Virus record (IMG/VR): IMGVR_UViG_3300044513_000293
Span: 1 to 37,579 of that record
Reading direction: 5' to 3' (one strand)
Source: a virus
Taxonomy: Duplodnaviria; Caudoviricetes
Length of the DNA: 37,579 bases
The notes beneath the pieces are model-generated. The model searched no databases. It saw nothing but the letters and a program-made list of their open reading frames with translations, and had not been told where the DNA came from. The position numbers were made by a program, and so were the translations under genes. Positions 35,100 to 37,579 of this stretch are shown here, piece by piece (position 1 is the first letter of the stretch; the number at the start of each line of letters is the position of its first letter).

Positions 35100-35558
35100 T
35101 CAAATCAATGTTCCATTCGCTCTACGAAGTTCGCGGAGTTCTTCAAAATCTTTTTGTTTTGTACCACCGTCATATGCCCAGGCATATCCTTCGGTGATCA
35201 TTTGTTCGTTGAGAGAGACTTCTGCGTCTCCGATGTAGAGCCACCCGAGAAGACGCCCATACTTGCCCATACCACCAACAAGCTCAGTACGGATAACGAG
35301 ATCATCGTCGCCACTGATAGCACCTTCAAGTTTCTCCTTAATCCAGTTGGTTGCATCAATTCCCAGTGCCTTTTCCTCATCATCTCTCGTTCTTTTTTCG
35401 GGGGTGTCAACACCAGCAACTCTAACTCTTTCTTTTTTATAAAGATCAAAACCAAGATCAATAGTTACATCAATCGTATCACCATCGACTACTCGGTTAA
35501 TTTCAATCACTCTAAAATTATAGCAGGATTTTCTGCTAGGAGGAACCATTGCTCCCAT
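35100..35558 (-). CDS. Staphylococcal nuclease (SNase/thermonuclease)-like protein
   Basis: VVDGDTI, RVAGVDTPE, GKYGRLLG, LNEQMITEGYA; likely start at 35558. Confidence 0.9.
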   Translation of the reverse strand: MGAMVPPSRKSCYNFRVIEINRVVDGDTIDVTIDLGFDLYKKERVRVAGVDTPEKRTRDDEEKALGIDATNWIKEKLEGAISGDDDLVIRTELVGGMGKYGRLLGWLYIGDAEVSLNEQMITEGYAWAYDGGTKQKDFEELRELRRANGTLI

Positions 35559-35694
35559 TGTCCATTTCCTCAAAGGCCATTCTTAGTATGTATATGACAC
35601 AATATGCCGTAAATACTAGTCCACAGCAAAGAAGAATAATTACAGACCAGACAGGATCATTTAGATTTTCGTGAGGTTTCAGAAGTAATTCCAC
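35536..35694 (-). CDS. Small single-pass membrane protein (52 aa)
   Basis: AAGGAG then GTG at 35694; hydrophobic VWSVIILLCCGLVFTAYCVIYIL. Confidence 0.7.
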   Translation of the reverse strand: MELLLKPHENLNDPVWSVIILLCCGLVFTAYCVIYILRMAFEEMDNGSNGSS

Positions 35695-35878
35695 GCAAAT
35701 ACTCCTTTTCTGCTTGATAGGGAACAACCTTTTTTGTTTTCAATTCCCAAGCATGAACTAACTCGGGAAATAACCATTCGTCTATTTTTGAACATTGCTC
35801 CCAATTCGAGGGAACAGTTACGCATGGGACAATAACCATTGACCAAAAGGCCGTAACATAATTTATTACTGTCAACAT
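35657..35878 (-). CDS. Hypothetical protein (73 aa)
   Basis: GAGG RBS; hydrophobic N-terminus with a Cys pair. Confidence 0.7.
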   Translation of the reverse strand: MLTVINYVTAFWSMVIVPCVTVPSNWEQCSKIDEWLFPELVHAWELKTKKVVPYQAEKEYLRGITSETSRKSK

Positions 35879-35891
35879 TCTTTATTTTCCT

Positions 35892-36023
35892 CTAGTGAGA
35901 TGTTCCATTTCCGCCATAATTGTCACTATCGTAGTAGTGTCCTTTTTTTGAACCTATAAAAAGAGTGGCGATCACAAAAGGGATCGCCACGATTGCAAGT
36001 GCTTTTCCTAACAGATGTTCCAT
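35892..36023 (-). CDS. ndhP: NdhP-like subunit of photosynthetic complex I (NDH-1L), 43 aa
   Basis: MEHLLGKALAIVAIPFVIATLFIGSKKGHYYDSDNYGGNGTSH: one TM helix plus a tail matching the recalled cyanobacterial NdhP end (FG..NGFYDSD.Y.GNGSAH). Confidence 0.85.
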   Translation of the reverse strand: MEHLLGKALAIVAIPFVIATLFIGSKKGHYYDSDNYGGNGTSH

Positions 36024-36160
36024 TATTGGTCTATCCCAAGTTCCTTTAAGTAATCGATCCACCATTGGGGATCTTTGTTCCTTTTCCACTGTGGAACCTC
36101 CATTTCTTTTTCGGAGTAGTATTCAAACAAAGCGTCATCGATAGTCTGTGCGATCTCCAT
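36023..36160 (-). CDS. Small hypothetical protein (45 aa)
   Basis: Start MEIAQ at 36160; stop overlaps the ndhP start (TAATG). Confidence 0.7.
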   Translation of the reverse strand: MEIAQTIDDALFEYYSEKEMEVPQWKRNKDPQWWIDYLKELGIDQ

Positions 36161-36350
36161 ATTCTTCTTCCTCTTCATCAACGTCTGCATATGCATCTGC
36201 CACATAGGGTCCGTGTGGTTTGAGGGATTCATCTCTGACATACTCAGTTTCCGAATTAACAGCAGCAATCCATACAGATAATTTCATTACTATGTAGATG
36301 ATCGCCAACGGTAAGAAGCATCCGATTAAGATGATAGTTTTAGATGTCAT
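36135..36350 (-). CDS. Small membrane protein with acidic tail (71 aa)
   Basis: GGAGG then ATG at 36350; N-terminal TM IILIGCFLPLAIIYIVM. Confidence 0.75.
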   Translation of the reverse strand: MTSKTIILIGCFLPLAIIYIVMKLSVWIAAVNSETEYVRDESLKPHGPYVADAYADVDEEEEEYGDRTDYR

Positions 36351-36471
36351 CACCATCCTCCCAGTATCCATCAAAAGGTTCTTCCATTAGTTCTCTATGT
36401 TTTAAAAATCTCATGGCTTGACGTAAAAGTTCCTCATCTCTATCAGTAAAGATAATTTCTTCCTCGTTCAT
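36340..36471 (-). CDS. Small acidic hypothetical protein (43 aa; not in ORF track)
   Basis: MNEEEIIFTDRDEELLRQAMRFLKHRELMEEPFDGYWEDGDDI; AAGGA RBS and ATGA overlap. Confidence 0.7.
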   Translation of the reverse strand: MNEEEIIFTDRDEELLRQAMRFLKHRELMEEPFDGYWEDGDDI

Positions 36472-36647
36472 TTGTCCTTTAATAGTTCTTCAATCCTACG
36501 TCTTGTCTCTTCTGATTTCTGTTTGTCACGATCACAATGTCTATAACCACGGTGACCTTTTAAAATCATCGTACCTTGATAAAACATGGTGCCAGCAAAC
36601 ACCAGCAGTAAAACAATACTAATCAGTTCAGGGTAATGCTTAACCAT
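36468..36647 (-). CDS. Small membrane protein (59 aa; not in ORF track)
   Basis: MVKHYPELISIVLLLVFAGTMFYQGTMILKGHRGYRHCDRDKQKSEETRRRIEELLKDK. Confidence 0.7.
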   Translation of the reverse strand: MVKHYPELISIVLLLVFAGTMFYQGTMILKGHRGYRHCDRDKQKSEETRRRIEELLKDK

Positions 36648-36823
36648 GGTAGTACTGGGGGAATAACACCAATAAGTCTTAGAAGTCCCTCAGCAAATAA
36701 AGCAAGAACCACCCAACCAACGCACATGCTAATGATAGAAGCATTACGGTTGTGTCGTCGTATTGCTGCATCGATCATCTCCTGACACTCTTCTTTGGTG
36801 ATCAGATTATTTTTGCTTTCCAT
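36623..36823 (-). CDS. Small membrane protein (66 aa)
   Basis: Start MESK at 36823; HNRNASIISMCVGWVVLALFAEGLLRLIG TM segment. Confidence 0.75.
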   Translation of the reverse strand: MESKNNLITKEECQEMIDAAIRRHNRNASIISMCVGWVVLALFAEGLLRLIGVIPPVLPWLSITLN

Positions 36824-36941
36824 TATGCACAAAAGCTATACCTAGAATAGGAACCATAACAAGTAGAAACGTAAGTATACCTAAAGTATACTGATTATTT
36901 AACACAAAAGCAGCGAAAGAACTAATCTTGTGGATGATCAT
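36807..36941 (-). CDS. Small membrane protein (44 aa; not in ORF track)
   Basis: MIIHKISSFAAFVLNNQYTLGILTFLLVMVPILGIAFVHNGKQK; fills the gap and overlaps both neighbours. Confidence 0.65.
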   Translation of the reverse strand: MIIHKISSFAAFVLNNQYTLGILTFLLVMVPILGIAFVHNGKQK

Positions 36942-37170
36942 CGTCTAACGATTCAAGTCTCTGTTTCCATGTTACACCACCTTCTTTACCCACGACGGGG
37001 TTTATGCAGGTTTTGTCACCCAGATTGTTGCAAACCAGACCTGCAAGGTCCAGTTCATTTCCTAACTTTCCTGTGCCCGCCCAGTAGTGCTGTCCATTGA
37101 TCCATAAAGCACCACACTTGGGGCATTCCTTTCTCTCTATTGAGAGATCGGACAGCTCTTTATCGGACAT
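36922..37170 (-). CDS. Small Cys-containing hypothetical protein (82 aa)
   Basis: Start MSDK at 37170 after AAGGAG; CPKC...DLAGLVC...CINP, possible metal site. Confidence 0.75.
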   Translation of the reverse strand: MSDKELSDLSIERKECPKCGALWINGQHYWAGTGKLGNELDLAGLVCNNLGDKTCINPVVGKEGGVTWKQRLESLDDDHPQD

Positions 37171-37381
37171 TTTTCTTGTACTCCTTGAGAAACTTTTCAA
37201 ATTCGGTTGAATCTTTGATCAGTTGCCTCTTGAGTTTCCTTTCCATCCACTTCATCTGAACACGGATGAATGCATAACGAACCTGTAAGTCCGCATATGC
37301 AAAAAGTCGCATTGTTTCTTCATACCCCGCATACGCTACGAGAATGAGAAAGAATACGACTACGAAATAGGCACCGTACAT
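37160..37381 (-). CDS. Small membrane-anchored protein (73 aa)
   Basis: N-terminal TM then a basic helix; first gene after the promoter region. Confidence 0.75.
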   Translation of the reverse strand: MYGAYFVVVFFLILVAYAGYEETMRLFAYADLQVRYAFIRVQMKWMERKLKRQLIKDSTEFEKFLKEYKKNVR

Positions 37382-37387
37382 ATGCGA

Positions 37388-37447
37388 GTATCAACCTGAT
37401 ACCATTATACAGATATTTAGAAAAAGTGTCTGTAACTTTAGGCTACA
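37388..37447 (-). promoter_or_regulatory. Promoter region of the small-ORF island
   Basis: TAAATA (37419-37414), TATAAT (37409-37404), and two GTA-N9-TAC palindromes at 37388-37402 and 37432-37446. Confidence 0.6.
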
Positions 37448-37475
37448 ATGTCTTGAAAAAAGTATAAAGTTTTAA

Positions 37476-37579
37476 TTATCTCTGTTCAATCCAGTTAAGT
37501 ACCGCAAGTGCTGCTTTGTTGGTATTGGGAGAAGCACAGGCAAGAGTATAGATATCACTGATTGTACCAATACCAGATC
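37476..37579 (-). CDS. C-terminal end of an unidentified protein (partial)
   Basis: Open frame ...SGIGTISDIYTLACASPNTNKAALAVLNWIEQR-stop entering from the window edge. Confidence 0.7.
   Translation of the reverse strand, partial: SGIGTISDIYTLACASPNTNKAALAVLNWIEQR

Noticed and set aside
1-37579. tRNA genes, CRISPR arrays, IS elements
   Set aside because: Intergenic gaps are short, and none shows a cloverleaf, spaced direct repeats or a transposase by eye; tRNAscan-SE and a CRISPR finder would confirm.

Overview
This window is the core of a T4-like myovirus, most likely a marine cyanophage of Synechococcus or Prochlorococcus. That host call rests on gene order and on host-like genes (ndhP-like, DUF3110-like, speD, hsp20, mazG, cobS-like). 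All credible genes lie on the minus strand. In transcription order (right to left) it contains: (1) the variable island upstream of terminase, with about 12 tiny, mostly membrane ORFs including an NdhP homologue, plus an SNase-like nuclease; (2) packaging, tail and head genes gp17, gp18, gp19, gp20, gp21, gp22, gp23 and gp3; (3) uvsY, uvsW, gp55, gp47 and gp46; (4) a VWA/metallopeptidase plus MoxR AAA+ pair; (5) the replication block gp45, denV-like, speD, gp44, DUF4338/DruA-like, gp62, regA, hsp20, two Sm-like paralogues, gp43, uvsX, a 2OG-Fe(II) oxygenase, gp41, a secreted HExxH protein and mazG. The least explained signals are non-coding. Two short late-promoter-to-terminator units (candidate sRNAs) flank hsp20, and one has a 5' end that appears antisense to host 5S rRNA. 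There is also a ROSE-like thermometer on hsp20, a bidirectional promoter at gp55, and two identically spaced non-canonical promoter cassettes. All family assignments come from motif recognition and recall; no searches were run.
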